NCBI RefSeq assembly: GCF_021869535.1
Contig: NW_026262734.1
Coordinates: 98,704,001-98,768,000 of the forward strand
Length of the DNA stretch: 64,000 bases
From: Mytilus californianus
Taxonomy: Eukaryota
Direction: 5' to 3'
The notes under the pieces were generated by a model that did not search any database, was not told the origin of the DNA, and saw only the letters and a list, made by a program, of their open reading frames with translations. The position numbers were made by a program, and so were the translations under genes. Positions 62,259-64,000 of the stretch are shown here, in pieces. Positions within the stretch are counted from its first letter, which is position 1. Every line of letters starts with the position of its first letter.

Positions 62259-62359
62259 GACAAGAAAATGATCCCTTTCACAGTAGTTATAGTGTCCTGT
62301 TTGACCAGTTTTCTCGTGTGAATATGATGCAAAGTAGAAACACACATATATCTTTTCTG
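62259..62359 (+). CDS. Possible next exon of the VWA gene
   Basis: attcag|QENDPFHSSYSVLFDQFSRVNMMQSRNTHISFL|gtaaga, phase compatible with the previous exon. Confidence 0.35.
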
Positions 62360-63119
62360 GTAAGACGTAAAACCGATGTTTAAAATGAATATAAAAGGTA
62401 TTTTAGTATATGTAATTAAAAGTCATTATTTGAAGTTATACAAGTTGAATATTATCCTTAGAATGCCTGTTTCCCAAAAGTCATCCGTCAACACCTCAAG
62501 TTCGTCCGTCTTCATTATTTACATTTATCGCACATGCGGAAGACTCGCGACGTCACTTTCCAGCTAAACGGCGTTCTATATATAGTAAAGAACAACGTGG
62601 AAAAGCGAAACCAAAAGATGAGGTTGAAACAGGTAAAAAGTCATAAAAATAGAAAAATATTTGTCAACATCGCCATTTTAAATCGACTTTATAATTGTAA
62701 AACACGGGGGAAATCCCTTCCAAGCCCAGTTGCCGGTTTGTTTACATTCCAGTGATTACGACCCGTGACCTAAAAAAGTATGACAGGCCAAGCAAACATT
62801 AAAATCGTAACTAACAAATATGGAAATTTTACTAAATGTTTTGCACAGATTATGAAAAATTCGGGAAAAATGATGAATTATCGCCATAAAATGGCTTCTA
62901 CTGCCATATGTGTTTTCCCCACAACATCATGTTTGCAAAAAAGGGTATGACTTTGTTAATTCCGGAACAATATTAATGATGGAGGGCTCAACATTTAGCT
63001 GAGTATTTGCACTTAACATACACTGATATACATAAATACATATACACAATGTTAAAACAAAAAAATACAGCAATAAAACAGAAAGGCATTACACTACATT
63101 TCAGGCTTAACCTAACTTC

Positions 63120-64000
63120 CTCAGGCATGATAAGAAGTACAGGCTGTACAGTCCCACGGCTTTGACTAATGCATACATATCAGTAAGGAATAAAGAAATG
63201 TCACAAAGAAAAGCAGCTCTACAATTTAATGTCCTAAGGCAAACGCTACGTGATAGAATCACCGGCAAAATATGTCCAGATTGTGTCCATGGCTTCATAT
63301 GGATATGGGTACACTAGACAAGAAGTTACTTATCTGGCTACTGATTTTGCCCACACAATCAACATTAAACCAAGAAATGAAGAACTTACCTTGAGATGGT
63401 TTGAGGGTTTCATAAAAAGATGGCCAGATCTTAGAGTGGTTAAACCTAGAAGTTTGGAGATTCAACGTGCAAAATGTGGTTCTGTTGCTAATGTTGAAAA
63501 GTACTTTGCAAGCTTAGAGGAAGTTGTTCGCAAATATAATCTTCAGGATAAACCACATCTCATATTAAATATTGATGAGAAGGATATCACACTGAACCAT
63601 AAACCACCTAATGTTGTATCTGGAATTAAATGTAACACATCATCAGTAACATCTAGAAGGTCTAGTACTACGACCATACTTGGATGTGGAAGTGCCTCAG
63701 GTTTTGCTGTACCTCCATATTTTGTATTTGAAGAGAAAAGAATGGTGAATGATTTGATGAATGGTGCAACACCTGGTGCTGTTGGTTCAGTATCAGACTC
63801 AGGATGGTCCAATACCAACATATTCAGACAATATTTGACTGACCATTTTCTTAAATATGTCTCTGGCAGAAATAATGACAACATACTTCTACTCCTCAAT
63901 GGACATAAGTCACATGTTGCAGTTGATATAATTGATTAGGCACAGGAACACCACATCATCATTCACATCTTACCAGCTCATACCTCACATATATTACAAC
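63120..64000 (+). pseudogene. pogo/Tigger-family (HTH_psq, CENP-B-like HTH, DDE_1) transposase remnant, truncated by the window edge
   Basis: YSPTALTNAYISV....SQRKAALQFNVLRQTLRDRI, then a deletion/frameshift, then MASYGYG...WFEGFIKRWPDL...NIDE...PPYFVF...SGWSN..IF..YL..HF...LLLLNGHKSH. The expected Asp is Asn, and a TAG falls before LPAHTSHILQ. Confidence 0.88.

Noticed and set aside
1-64000. Remaining ORF-track entries under ~110 aa
   Set aside because: Composition is typical of chance ORFs in AT-rich intronic or repeat DNA, or they are antisense or alternate frames of features already called.

Overview
AT-rich animal genomic DNA, with a ~100-N assembly gap at 39700-39800. The repeat families resemble those of bivalve molluscs (Mytilus-like), which is an inference. 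No rRNA, tRNA genes or CRISPR arrays were seen. (1) Two tandem, heavily decayed copies of a probable Toll-like-receptor (LRR-TM-TIR) unit lie at ~2.4-7.4 kb and ~12.4-15.2 kb. Each carries insertions whose empty sites survive in the other copy. One insertion is a complete 1.9-kb LTR element with TA...TA ends and a single zinc-knuckle/coiled-coil ORF but no pol. (2) A spliced + strand gene runs from 16372 to 32543: a long acidic N-terminal region followed by two Ig-like domains, a TM helix and a short tail. The link across 25.4-27.1 kb is unresolved. (3) A + strand gene of type LRR? / Ser-Thr stalk / hemicentin-VWA7-like VWA runs from ~35.6 to 62.4 kb and has an in-frame stop. (4) Between that gene's putative LRR exon and its VWA exons sits a split-direct-repeat (PAT/Ngaro-type) tyrosine-recombinase retrotransposon (40076-48837, - strand). 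It has an in-frame gag-deltaRT-RNaseH-methyltransferase-like fusion ORF and a frameshifted YR. Its promoter repeat is split by a very young non-autonomous Gypsy element (43897-48671). (5) There are many MITEs, SINEs and Penelope-like fragments, and a decayed pogo/Tigger transposase runs off the right edge.
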